A DNA stretch of 64,000 bases from Balneola sp. (GCA_002694685.1 NZMW01000012.1:98556-162555), one strand, 5' to 3'. Positions 1-9,507 are shown, counted from the stretch's first letter. Program-made: numbers and translations. The notes: generated from the letters alone by a model not told the origin.

Positions 1-378
1 GCATTTCTGCTTACTGGCTGTGGAAACGCAGGTATGTTTGTGGCCTCTAATAGTACAGAGGTTCAGCTAAAAGAAAGCAACTATACTATTGTGGCTAAAA
101 ATGTGACGGGCACCTCTGAAACAGCGTATTTATTTGGAGCCAGTTATTCATGGGGCGTAGCCACTAATTCTGTAGGCTTAATTCCTCTTGATGGAAATAA
201 AATGTTATATAAAGAAGCTCGTGAATCGCTTTGGGATAACTTCGAGAAACAGGGGGAATCGATAGAAGGGAGAACACTAGCACTTATTAACATTCAATAT
301 GACTCCAACACATCGAACTTTATGGTTTATACAAAAGCATCGGTTTCTATTACCGCTGATATCATCGAGTTTGAATAA
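1..378 (+). CDS. Lipoprotein, probably DUF6567-like, 5'-truncated by the window edge
   Basis: Frame is open from base 1 (AFLLTGCGNAGM...) with an LTGC lipobox upstream of the ATG at 34, so the real start lies outside the window. Family name is from recollection of sequence pattern only. Confidence 0.55.
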   Translation, partial: AFLLTGCGNAGMFVASNSTEVQLKESNYTIVAKNVTGTSETAYLFGASYSWGVATNSVGLIPLDGNKMLYKEARESLWDNFEKQGESIEGRTLALINIQYDSNTSNFMVYTKASVSITADIIEFE

Positions 379-404
379 ATTAAATAGATATAGTGCTATG
401 AATG

Positions 405-440
405 AAAGGTTCCGTTCAATTACGAATGGAACCTTTTTAT
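405..440 (+). terminator. Intrinsic terminator after the first gene
   Basis: Stem AAAGGTTCCGTTC / GAATGGAACCTTT followed by a T run, 27 nt after the stop at 378. Confidence 0.75.
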
Positions 441-530
441 TTATATAAAGTCATTGATTGAATCAATAAAATGCCTGGCTTATCCGCACTCTTCAATCAC
501 TTTTATACCTGTCAGTCTTGTTAACAGAAT

Positions 531-540
531 TAACCGGTTT
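531..540. promoter_or_regulatory. Motif A operator, imperfect (TAACCGGTTT)
   Basis: 9/10 match to TAACCGGTTA, intergenic, 310 nt upstream of the esterase at 850. Confidence 0.4.
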
Positions 541-689
541 TAAAAGGTTCGCATGATCCAAAAAAGGGCAGATTTCAAGCAATTTTTGCGAGTCAATTTC
601 GAGCTTAATTCCGTTGCGACCTTTGTTCAAAGTCCTAAGAGATCATTTCATTGAGAACAGAATTCGTAAGTTTGTTACTTCCGGGAAGC

Positions 690-726
690 AAAAGCTTTCG
701 ATTATTAATCGAAGGCTTTTTATTAT
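690..726. terminator. Terminator-like hairpin upstream of the esterase gene
   Basis: 14-bp stem AAAAGCTTTCGATT-ATT-AATCGAAGGCTTTT with one G-U pair, A/T-rich on both sides. Confidence 0.55.
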
Positions 727-849
727 GGATTTTCGTTAAGCTTCATGCTACTCTTATAGAAGTTTAATTACGTTCTTCTTCTCTTGAGTATCGAGGACAA
801 AAAATGAGAAGAACTATTTAAGTAGCTCCAATAAAATTGAAATTTAAGC

Positions 850-1803
850 ATGACACATAGGTTGTTTAAGTTTGTTTTGACAGTAATGCTCTTTTTTATA
901 GGGCAAAGTTTACTTGCTCAAGATTTTCCACGAGATACTTCATACACTTTACAAAGTGCTTATCAGAAGTATGTAAAAGAGTATCCCAATATTGCACTTG
1001 TAGATCAGCAATTGGAAGATCAGCTGAAAATTCAAAAAAACATAGTCTACAAGAATACAGGTAATCGAAATCTCCATGTCGATGTTTACCACCCCAAAGA
1101 AATAAATGAACTACTGCCCGCTGTTTTGATTGTTCATGGGGGAGGTTGGATCTCTGGAGATAAATCAATGATGAAGCAAATAGCAATGGAGCTCGCTTTT
1201 CAAGGATATGTAGCGGTAGCTGTAGAATATAGGCTGAGTCCAGAAGCACAATATCCGGCAGCAATCTATGATGTGAAGTCAGCACTAAAGTGGATGCGTG
1301 ATCATTCCTCTGACAATCAAATAGATCCCCATAAAATAGCGGTTATGGGGACGTCAGCTGGGGGACAAATAGCAGCTTTAGTAGCAACTACTCAGAACAA
1401 AGGTCGGTTCGAGGATCCTGCTGATAGCACGAACACAGCAGCTAAAGTTCAGGCATTGGTAGATATTGATGGAGTGCTGGCTTTTATTCACCCAGTTTCA
1501 GAAGAAGGGCGGGTTGCTGGACTTTGGCTGGGCGGAACCCAAATAGAAAAACGTGATACATGGATAGACGCTTCTGCTCTTACCCATGTCAATCGGAATA
1601 CTCCTCCCACCCTTTTTATTGGTAGTGCTTATCCACGATTCCTGGCTGGTCAGAAAGAAATGTCTGCGCTACTGGATAAACATAATATATACAATCAATC
1701 ATACAAGCTGGATGCGCCTCATTCTTTCTGGCTTTTTCATCCTTGGTTTGAGCCGACGATGAGTCATGTGGTGAGCTTTTTAAACGATACATTAAAGAGG
1801 TAG
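850..1803 (+). CDS. Secreted alpha/beta-hydrolase esterase (HSL/BD-FAE-like), candidate pectin esterase
   Basis: Signal peptide (LLA-Q), HGGGW oxyanion motif, GTSAGG nucleophile elbow, C-terminal APHSFW His; located at the edge of a pectin locus. Confidence 0.8.
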   Translation: MTHRLFKFVLTVMLFFIGQSLLAQDFPRDTSYTLQSAYQKYVKEYPNIALVDQQLEDQLKIQKNIVYKNTGNRNLHVDVYHPKEINELLPAVLIVHGGGWISGDKSMMKQIAMELAFQGYVAVAVEYRLSPEAQYPAAIYDVKSALKWMRDHSSDNQIDPHKIAVMGTSAGGQIAALVATTQNKGRFEDPADSTNTAAKVQALVDIDGVLAFIHPVSEEGRVAGLWLGGTQIEKRDTWIDASALTHVNRNTPPTLFIGSAYPRFLAGQKEMSALLDKHNIYNQSYKLDAPHSFWLFHPWFEPTMSHVVSFLNDTLKR

Positions 1804-2013
1804 TAACTCTCGAAAAGTGTTAGTGCCTGTTTGATTTGGTAACCAATCTCCATTCTTCTAGAAAAAAAGTTAAAGTAACTACTTTGATAAGGTTTTTAGA
1901 CGCCGACACCATCACCTAAATTCCCTTCTCGCCCGTGCTATTCGATAAGTGTAATTTTAAATAGCCAATATTATCAAAGGTTTATCATCATTATTGAATA
2001 CCAGTTTCATTTG

Positions 2014-2066
2014 TAATCGGTTTTTTTACATTATTAAGTAATCGGTTAAGTAACTTTGATCGGTTT
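2014..2066. promoter_or_regulatory. Cluster of three motif A operators
   Basis: TAATCGGTTT (2014-2023), TAATCGGTTA (2039-2048, in TTAAGTAATCGGTTAAGTAA) and TGATCGGTTT (2057-2066), just upstream of the ATG at 2116. Confidence 0.75.
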
Positions 2067-2115
2067 AAATCATAGTAGAAATAAAAAGTAGTATTTGTAT
2101 CTGTTGGAGAATGAT

Positions 2116-5100
2116 ATGTATAAGGTGAAATTAGTTATTGGGACGTTCTATTTATCGCTGATATTATCTTTGAACGCCGTGGCTCAGGATGCAGCTTCGG
2201 CAACTTGGCCATTAACAGATCCGGATAATGGTGGAACGGGATTAAGTGTAATAACAGCAGGTCAGCTTAATGCTGAAGATGAATTATTTAGTAATACTGA
2301 GACTAACAATTACTCAGGACCAAATTCGAGTCAGCGGATTCGCATCGAAGGGAATGAGTGGCCTGCAAATCAAACCACAGAAATTGAAGGGGTATATGTT
2401 GAATTTAAAACCTCTCCCAAAGAGGGTTCCTCATTGAGGGTGGATTCCGTTTCTTTTGGTATTGCCGGAGTTAGTATCAATACAATGAAAGCGAATGTGT
2501 ACTACTCTACCAATCCTGCTTTTACCGACAAAACTCAAATTCAATACGAAACTGCAGATGAATCTGGAAATAACTATTTGCAGCGCGATAGTCTATTGTA
2601 TGTAACAGCAACTCCAGGAGTTGAAGTGGGATCTGATGAATCATTTTTTATCCGTATTTATCCCTGGGTAGATAACGATCCAAGTATTCGAACTGGCAAA
2701 TATCTTGCTCTGCAGGATGTAATTATTAGTGGAGAAACCCAAAGTATTCCAGTTGAAGCAGTAGTCGAGTGGCCCCTTGATGAAAGTGAGGATGCTGTTA
2801 TATCAGGAGCGCTCACAGCAACCAGTCAGGCTTACAGCGATGCAATGCAGCTATATAATTTTAAAGAAATTACAAAAGCGGATGGCGGAACTGCATTTGC
2901 CTCTACTGTACAGACGAAAAGCCAGAGCTGGATTGGCTCGGATTCCCCGGTTGACAGTCTATATATACAATATTCTGTGGCTCCCAAATTTGGTGCTACT
3001 TTTTATTCTGATGAGTTTGCGATTTCAATGGGTGCATGGTATTCACAAAACCTGAGGGCTACAGTATATTATTCAAAAGATCCCACCTTTCAGGAGAAGA
3101 AGGTACTTATACCAGATACATCACTATTTGTTGACGATGGTGATAATGGTGGAGCAGCTCTGCTGGAAGCAACTTTAGAAGATACAGTAGAGACTAATGA
3201 AGAGCTTTATATAAGAGTGTATCCCTATAACACTGAAAGTGAGGGTTGGGCAAAGTTAGTTGTCATTGACAGTGTTTCAATTTCAGGTTCTACGGTTGGC
3301 GCAACATCAGAACCTCCTTCTGTGGCCACTTATAACGTAGAAAGTATTTCAACAACTTTTGCTTATAGTGGAGGAAATATAACTACGGACGGTGGTTCGG
3401 AAGTCACTTCACGTGGTGTAGTTTGGAGTACCTCGAGTGAACCAACCACACCTGATGAAAGGACAACAGATGGAACGGGGTCTGGAAGTTTTAGCAGTCG
3501 TTTGATAGGACTCAATTCCGGAACAACTTATTTCTTGCGTGCTTATGCAACTAATGAGGCGGGGACTTCATATGGCCGTGAAATTCAATTTACAACCTTA
3601 GATTCTAAATCAGCCCCTGAAGTTACATCAGCTCCGGTTACTGATATCTTAGTGGAGTCAGCAAAAAGTGGGGGAGAAGTGACCTCATGGGGTGGAGACT
3701 CCGTAACAGTACGAGGTATTGTGTGGAATACGGAAGGAGAACCTACCACCGATGATTTTAAAACTGAAGACGGCAGCGGTTTAGGGTCGTTCGTAAGTGG
3801 AATGTACCCTCTTGATCAAGATACCCGCTACTATGTCAGGGCTTATGCAACCAATAGTATTGGTACAGGATATGGAAGGGAAATGATATTCAAAACGCAA
3901 ACACCTCAACCAGATGTGGATAAAGTTGTTGCAAGCGATGGTAGTGGAGACTACACAACTGTCCAAGCCGCGTTTGATGATGTGCCAGATAATTATACAG
4001 GTATATACACCATCTTTGTGAAAAAGGGTGAGTATTATGAAAAACTCGTACTCGAAGAAGGCAAAGTAAATGTGCAACTGATTGGAGAAGACAGAGACGA
4101 CACTATTATTTGGTATGATGACTATGCAAATATTGCTGGAGGTACTAGTCGGTCTTACAGCGTCGCCATTAATGCAGATGATTTTCTGGCAAAAAATATT
4201 ACGTTCCAAAATGTGATTAAGAATGATAAAACAGAACCAAACCAGCAAGCCGTTGCTTTGGTTACCAATGGAGACCGGCAGGCATTCTACAACGTAAATG
4301 TTTTAGGATTCCAGGACACATATTATGCCCGTGGTTCCAATGGAACAGGCCGGGTTTACTTCAAGAATAGTTATATAGAAGGATCGGTTGATTTTATTTT
4401 TGGGAGAAATATTGTGGTCTTTGATAGCTCACAAATTCATATTAACAGGAATGGAGGCACGCTTACAGCCGCTGCAACAGAACCTGAATCAAAGTTTGGG
4501 TTTGTGTTCATCGATAATATCATCTCTGCAGATTCCATAGGCTTTAACGGAGAACCGATTACAAGCTTTCACCTTGGCCGACCATGGCAAGAATCTCCAA
4601 GAACAGTATTCTTGAACACCTACTATCCAGAATCCCTAAATCCAGAAGGGTGGCTATCGTGGAACGTAGAGCCAGGCCTATATGGAGAATACAATTGCTC
4701 AGGACCTGGCTGTGTAAACTTTGAAAGCAGGGTTGATTTTGCCACTCAGTTGTCTGATCAGGAAGCCGCTGAATACACGCTGGAAAATATTTTTTCGAAA
4801 GAAAGTAACCCCAACTTTGGCCGGGACTGGATGCCTACTCCTGAATTAACCGCTGTGAGTGTGAATAGGCCTTCAAAAGATATTCCGGATAATTTCGAAC
4901 TACATCAAAATTATCCCAACCCATTCAACCCTTCCACCAATATTGCATATTCACTTCCTAAATCTACGCATGTGAAAATGAGTGTATATAATATGTTAGG
5001 GAAAAGGGTTGGTACACTGGTTAATCGCAACCAGAAGGCGGGTCAGTACCTTGTTAACTTCGATGCATCTAATCTAGCAAGTGGTGTCTACCTATATCGG

Positions 5101-5151
5101 CTAGAGACTGCAGGCTTTGCTCAAACCAACAAGATGATTTTGATTAAATAA
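2116..5151 (+). CDS. Modular T9SS-secreted pectin methylesterase: two unknown N-terminal repeat domains + two FN3-like repeats + CE8 + T9SS type-A CTD
   Basis: CE8 motifs QAVAL, QDTYY, DFIFG, LGRPW; two 100-aa FN3-like units (GGxxTxxGG...RAYATNxxGTxYG); [13 protein letters not shown]...KMILIK. The ATG at 2116 is preferred over the TTG at 2095 because it gives a normal signal peptide. Confidence 0.9.
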   Translation: MYKVKLVIGTFYLSLILSLNAVAQDAASATWPLTDPDNGGTGLSVITAGQLNAEDELFSNTETNNYSGPNSSQRIRIEGNEWPANQTTEIEGVYVEFKTSPKEGSSLRVDSVSFGIAGVSINTMKANVYYSTNPAFTDKTQIQYETADESGNNYLQRDSLLYVTATPGVEVGSDESFFIRIYPWVDNDPSIRTGKYLALQDVIISGETQSIPVEAVVEWPLDESEDAVISGALTATSQAYSDAMQLYNFKEITKADGGTAFASTVQTKSQSWIGSDSPVDSLYIQYSVAPKFGATFYSDEFAISMGAWYSQNLRATVYYSKDPTFQEKKVLIPDTSLFVDDGDNGGAALLEATLEDTVETNEELYIRVYPYNTESEGWAKLVVIDSVSISGSTVGATSEPPSVATYNVESISTTFAYSGGNITTDGGSEVTSRGVVWSTSSEPTTPDERTTDGTGSGSFSSRLIGLNSGTTYFLRAYATNEAGTSYGREIQFTTLDSKSAPEVTSAPVTDILVESAKSGGEVTSWGGDSVTVRGIVWNTEGEPTTDDFKTEDGSGLGSFVSGMYPLDQDTRYYVRAYATNSIGTGYGREMIFKTQTPQPDVDKVVASDGSGDYTTVQAAFDDVPDNYTGIYTIFVKKGEYYEKLVLEEGKVNVQLIGEDRDDTIIWYDDYANIAGGTSRSYSVAINADDFLAKNITFQNVIKNDKTEPNQQAVALVTNGDRQAFYNVNVLGFQDTYYARGSNGTGRVYFKNSYIEGSVDFIFGRNIVVFDSSQIHINRNGGTLTAAATEPESKFGFVFIDNIISADSIGFNGEPITSFHLGRPWQESPRTVFLNTYYPESLNPEGWLSWNVEPGLYGEYNCSGPGCVNFESRVDFATQLSDQEAAEYTLENIFSKESNPNFGRDWMPTPELTAVSVNRPSKDIPDNFELHQNYPNPFNPSTNIAYSLPKSTHVKMSVYNMLGKRVGTLVNRNQKAGQYLVNFDASNLASGVYLYRLETAGFAQTNKMILIK

Positions 5152-5373
5152 GGCATTGTTCAGAACCCTTAGTTTTAACTGCTCAGATGGCTAGTATACT
5201 CGCTGTTGGAATTGAAAAGGACAACAGAAGTAAGGTTCAAGAAAAAGGTATAAACCCTTCTAGAATTAGGGGGCCAGTCAGCTTGCATAAATCTTTCTTT
5301 GCCTGAATAAAAAATTTGAACCAGAAATGCGCACATAAAGGGGGAGCGGAAGCGGTTTCAATTCATTTTTAAA

Positions 5374-5383
5374 TAACCGGTTA
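5374..5383. promoter_or_regulatory. Motif A operator (perfect palindrome TAACCGGTTA)
   Basis: AAATAACCGGTTAAGTT in the intergenic region upstream of 5824. Confidence 0.75.
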
Positions 5384-5503
5384 AGTTCCCTTATAAGTAA
5401 TTTAAGGCAGGTCTTATTTTCATTAAGATGTTATTAACAAAGAGGTTAATGAATGTGGTTGTAGTGTGTTCATAACTCCTATCTATCAGCGGTAATTAGA
5501 ATC

Positions 5504-5531
5504 TTGACTTTTCCTGAGTTTAGGTTAAATT
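5504..5531 (+). promoter_or_regulatory. Putative sigma70 promoter TTGACT-N16-TAAATT
   Basis: Hexamer spacing, with a motif A site immediately downstream as also seen at 45922-45950 and 49882-49910. Confidence 0.45.
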
Positions 5532-5540
5532 CTAATAGGT

Positions 5541-5559
5541 TACTTAACCGATAACTTAA
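5541..5559. promoter_or_regulatory. Motif A operator (TACTTAACCGATAACTTAA)
   Basis: Nearly identical to the sites at 9489-9507 and 49918-49936, including flanks. Confidence 0.8.
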
Positions 5560-5823
5560 AATAATGCCAGCTGGATTTTAGCTTTGAAATTAGTCGCCGT
5601 TTTTGCATCAACGAATACACTTAAGGTGCGATTTAATATGGGGGGCTAAGCACGAAAAAGTATGATTCAGTAATTCTGAACCATATTTCATGATTTAAAA
5701 TATTCGATATGGAGTCACTTAGGAATAAAGGCTTATCTCACTATTTGAAGTTTATGCGGTATAACAAATGAACAAGTTTATAAAAACATCAAATCTAATA
5801 ATCATAGTAAAACAGGAGTAGTA

Positions 5824-8800
5824 ATGAAACGGACATCTACTATAATTTTAACGACACTTTTGGTAGCGCTTTTTGCGACTACGGGAGTCATGGCACAAGA
5901 GAACGGGGATTTTCGTTCTACTGCTGATGGCGACTGGAGTACAACAGCTACCTGGCAAACTTATAATGGGACCACCTGGGAAGCAGCAACCGCAGCACCA
6001 GATGGATCTGAAAATATAACCATACTTGATGGTGACTCTGTTAATGTTGCTTCGGGCACAGTAACAATTACTGGCCAAGTTACTGTTGAAGGGACGATAG
6101 CACCACCACTAACAGGAGGTGAACTTACTGCAGACGGTGGTACACTGGTATTTGCTGATGGAGGTATGTATCAGCACGACCGAGACGAGGGTGCTATTCC
6201 CGTAGCCACCTGGGAAGCAGGTTCTACAGCCATGTTTACAGGTTTAGTAACAGGTGAACCGGATGAGATGGACCAGAATTTTCACCATGTGGTTTATAAC
6301 AATGCTGCACAGCTAGAAAACATCAGTTTTGGCTGGGATGATTATACTCTTAATGGTGATCTCACTGTACTGAACTCAAACGGCAAACAATTTCGACTTT
6401 CCTCTGCTGGTGATGAAGGAGATCCTGCTCGCAGTATTACAATTATGGGTAATGTGGTTGTAGATGGCGAAAATGCAGAATTTACTTCAACCGGTTCAGG
6501 AGATATATTTAATTATAACATAGAAGTCATGGGTGACATCGAAGTCATCAATGGAGGCTTTTTATCTACAAGCCGGGGTAGTGGTGGAGCTGCTGTTTGG
6601 ACTCTACATGGCGACTTTACCGTTACAGATGCCAGGATTGGTGAATCAAATATTGAAAAGCATGGACAGAAGAGAAGTTTTGTATTTGCAGGAACCAACC
6701 AAACAATTTCTGCTTCTAACGTAGAAACGGAGAGCGAGCTTTATTACGAAATTAATGCTTCCTCTAATGTAACACTAGCAGCAGGCAGCGTATTTCCTAT
6801 TGATTCTCTGACAGTGGATGGAACTTTGTCTCTCGATGGAGAGCTTGAAGCAGGTGGCCCGGTTGTTCTTAACGGAGGAACAATGACTGTATCAGATGGT
6901 GGTACTTATAATCATGCACATGACGCTGGGGAAATCCCAACGGCAACATGGGCTGATGGTTCTACTGTTTTGTTAACAGGTATTGAAACCAACGATCCAG
7001 ACAATGGCGATCAGGATTTCTTTAACTATACCTGGAATAATGCCGGTCAGATTGAAAACATTAATATAGGATGGGACGACTATACCCTAAGAGGTAATAT
7101 GACGGTTCTTAACACAGCCGGAAATCAGTTCCGATTATCCTCAGCTGGTGATGAAGGTGATCCTGCACGCAGTATCACAATTATGGGTGATGTTGTAGTA
7201 GATGGAGAAACATCCGAATTTACAGCAACCGGATCAGGAGATGTATTTGACTATGATGTTAAAGTTATGGGCGATATCTCTATTGTAAACGGCGGTTTCC
7301 TATCTGTTAGCCGTGGTAGTGGTGGTAGAGCCGTATGGACACTGTATGGCGATATGACCATTAATGGTGGTGAAATTGGTGACTCTGATATCGATAAACA
7401 CGGCCAAACCCGTAGTTTTGTTTTTGCAGCAGATACTGCAAGCGATGGAGTTCCGGGACAGACTATTACAGCTAATAATGTGAGCTATGACTCTGAAGTA
7501 TATTTTGAAATAGCAGACTCTTCAGGAGTGCTACTGGCTTCAGGATCTGATTTTGCATACGAAGGTGTATTCACCAACTATGGTGTATTTGATGTAGATG
7601 GTGATGCAACGCTTACATTTACAGGAGAATCTACGTACGACCACGCTAGAGATGGTGGAGACTTTCCAACGGCTACATGGGCTGAAGGCTCAACAGCCTT
7701 GGTAAGTGGCACCGTAATATCTGCTCCTGGAAATGGTAATCAGGACTTTCATAACCTCGTCATTAACGCTCCTGGTAATCTTGAAAACAATGACCTTGGA
7801 ATGAGAGATAACACTGTCGGAGGTAATATTGATGTAATCAGTACGGGTAATGCCCGCTTCTATCTTTCCAATCCTAGTACTTTTGATACACTCAGCATAA
7901 CTATAATGGGTGATATCAATATGGGAGCGGATGCAGATGCGTTCGCATCTAATGGTACAGGTAGTGCATCAGAAATTAACATCCATCATTATGGAAACAT
8001 AACGGTAGATGGAGGTAACTTTTCGATATCTCGTGGTTCAGGCCCGATAGTAAATTGGTACCTTTATGAAGGTGATCTCACTTTAAATGCCGGTGAGACT
8101 CAAACTTCAAATGCCAGGGCTGGCAACGCATTTATCTTTGCAGGTGAAGAGGTAGTCCAACATTTAGATGTGTCTGCTGATTTTGAAATTTCGCATTTGC
8201 CCATTTTAGTTCAGGAAGGTGCATATTTGGATATGGGCAACAGTAATTTGTCCGAAAGTGGTGAACACTTCACCTTAGAAGCGGGAGGCACGCTTGCTAG
8301 TTCTGACTCTGCAGCCTTCTCTTCAGCGGGGGGAGGAAACCTTGAGTTAGGAGGTTCCGGAGATACTATCCTTTCCCTAAGTTCCGAAGCAAATTATGTA
8401 ATCAATGCTACTGAAGCTCAGTGGACAGGTTTTGCCCTTCCGCTACAGGTAGCTTCTTTAACTATTGATAACGAAGCAGGAGTAACTCAATCCAGAGGAG
8501 TAACGATTAATGAATCCCTAAACCTTAATGCAGGTGTGTTTGATAACACAATTGGATTTAATCTAGGTGAAGATGCAGTCGTAAACTTTGATGGTGGTAG
8601 CTTGCTATTTGCGCTAGGTGCTCCAAGAATTGGAACATTTGCACTTACTTCTCCTGAAGATGGTTTTGCATTAGATCTTACAGGTGATGTAACAACCGAA
8701 GTAGAAATAAGTTGGGAAACACCAAGTGGTCCAGATTCAACTACCTATACATGGCATGCTGATACTGTTGGCGGAGATTTCTCTGACCCATTAGTAAGCC

Positions 8801-9285
8801 TTGCTTCGGACGACGAAGGATCTGCTACTACACTGACTCTAACTTATCAGGAAATAGACGATGTTGTAGCTGATTTAGGAGTTGAAGTAGGAAGCAGTAT
8901 CGACCTTATTTGGACAGTAACAGCTCAAGCTGGTGAAACAGTTAAGTTTGCAGATGAATCCTTTGATCTAAGTATCGCACGAAACATTGGTGTTTCAAAC
9001 GAAGCGGAAGATCAATTACCAACTGAATTTGCACTAAGCCAAAACTACCCGAATCCGTTTAACCCTACGACTACCATCAACTACGATGTGCCAGAAGCCG
9101 CAGATGTACAACTACAAGTGTATGACATCACAGGCCGTAAGGTTGCAGAGCTAGTTAACACACGTAAGTCAGCGGGTAGTCACTCAGTTGACTGGAATGC
9201 TGATAACTTCGCAACAGGTATTTATATCTATCGCCTGACTGCAGGAGACTTCTCAGCAGTTCGAAAACTCACACTTATTAAGTAA
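5824..9285 (+). CDS. Large acidic T9SS-secreted repeat protein with a SusE-like domain near the C-terminus and no recognisable catalytic domain
   Basis: Signal peptide (VMA-Q); three ~245-aa internal repeats; SusE-like segment (FALTSPEDG...EISWE...TLTLTYQEID...LIWTVTA); [13 protein letters not shown]...KLTLIK. Confidence 0.8.
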   Translation: MKRTSTIILTTLLVALFATTGVMAQENGDFRSTADGDWSTTATWQTYNGTTWEAATAAPDGSENITILDGDSVNVASGTVTITGQVTVEGTIAPPLTGGELTADGGTLVFADGGMYQHDRDEGAIPVATWEAGSTAMFTGLVTGEPDEMDQNFHHVVYNNAAQLENISFGWDDYTLNGDLTVLNSNGKQFRLSSAGDEGDPARSITIMGNVVVDGENAEFTSTGSGDIFNYNIEVMGDIEVINGGFLSTSRGSGGAAVWTLHGDFTVTDARIGESNIEKHGQKRSFVFAGTNQTISASNVETESELYYEINASSNVTLAAGSVFPIDSLTVDGTLSLDGELEAGGPVVLNGGTMTVSDGGTYNHAHDAGEIPTATWADGSTVLLTGIETNDPDNGDQDFFNYTWNNAGQIENINIGWDDYTLRGNMTVLNTAGNQFRLSSAGDEGDPARSITIMGDVVVDGETSEFTATGSGDVFDYDVKVMGDISIVNGGFLSVSRGSGGRAVWTLYGDMTINGGEIGDSDIDKHGQTRSFVFAADTASDGVPGQTITANNVSYDSEVYFEIADSSGVLLASGSDFAYEGVFTNYGVFDVDGDATLTFTGESTYDHARDGGDFPTATWAEGSTALVSGTVISAPGNGNQDFHNLVINAPGNLENNDLGMRDNTVGGNIDVISTGNARFYLSNPSTFDTLSITIMGDINMGADADAFASNGTGSASEINIHHYGNITVDGGNFSISRGSGPIVNWYLYEGDLTLNAGETQTSNARAGNAFIFAGEEVVQHLDVSADFEISHLPILVQEGAYLDMGNSNLSESGEHFTLEAGGTLASSDSAAFSSAGGGNLELGGSGDTILSLSSEANYVINATEAQWTGFALPLQVASLTIDNEAGVTQSRGVTINESLNLNAGVFDNTIGFNLGEDAVVNFDGGSLLFALGAPRIGTFALTSPEDGFALDLTGDVTTEVEISWETPSGPDSTTYTWHADTVGGDFSDPLVSLASDDEGSATTLTLTYQEIDDVVADLGVEVGSSIDLIWTVTAQAGETVKFADESFDLSIARNIGVSNEAEDQLPTEFALSQNYPNPFNPTTTINYDVPEAADVQLQVYDITGRKVAELVNTRKSAGSHSVDWNADNFATGIYIYRLTAGDFSAVRKLTLIK
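6166..8300 (+). repeat. Internal coding tandem repeat, period 738/729 nt (246/243 aa)
   Basis: Y-x-H-x-x-D-x-G-x-x-P-x-ATW-x-x-GST starts at 6166, 6904 and 7633. FRLSSAGDEGDPARSITIMG is identical at 6391 and 7129. The end coordinate is approximate. Confidence 0.85.
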
Positions 9286-9329
9286 GAGTTAGACACAAAA
9301 TTAGAGCTAAGGAATTAGCTTAAATTTAA

Positions 9330-9389
9330 TACACCATTCTGGTTTCCTTTCCTAAGTGAAAAGGAGCCAGAATGAGTGTATTTTTTTTT
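9330..9389 (+). terminator. Intrinsic terminator after the repeat-protein gene
   Basis: Long stem TACACCATTCTGGTTTCCTTT / AAAGGAGCCAGAATGAGTGTA followed by a T9 run. Confidence 0.85.
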
Positions 9390-9488
9390 GCTTTAATAAT
9401 TTTCCAAGAGAGCGATTAACAGCCTATAATAAATCAAAAGGGCAGGGGATATAAGTTTTTTGCAGGATACTTGTCAAAAATGAGGATT

Positions 9489-9507
9489 TACTTAATCGGT
9501 AACTTAA
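9489..9507. promoter_or_regulatory. Motif A operator upstream of fbp (TACTTAATCGGTAACTTAA)
   Basis: Core TAATCGGTAA at 9493-9502 with the same TACT/CTTAA flanks as 5541 and 49918. Confidence 0.8.

Noticed and set aside
6166-8300. DNA repeats in the 5824 gene considered as a CRISPR or mobile repeat array
   Set aside because: The period is 738/729 nt, in frame, with synonymous divergence: a protein domain duplication, not repeat-spacer structure.
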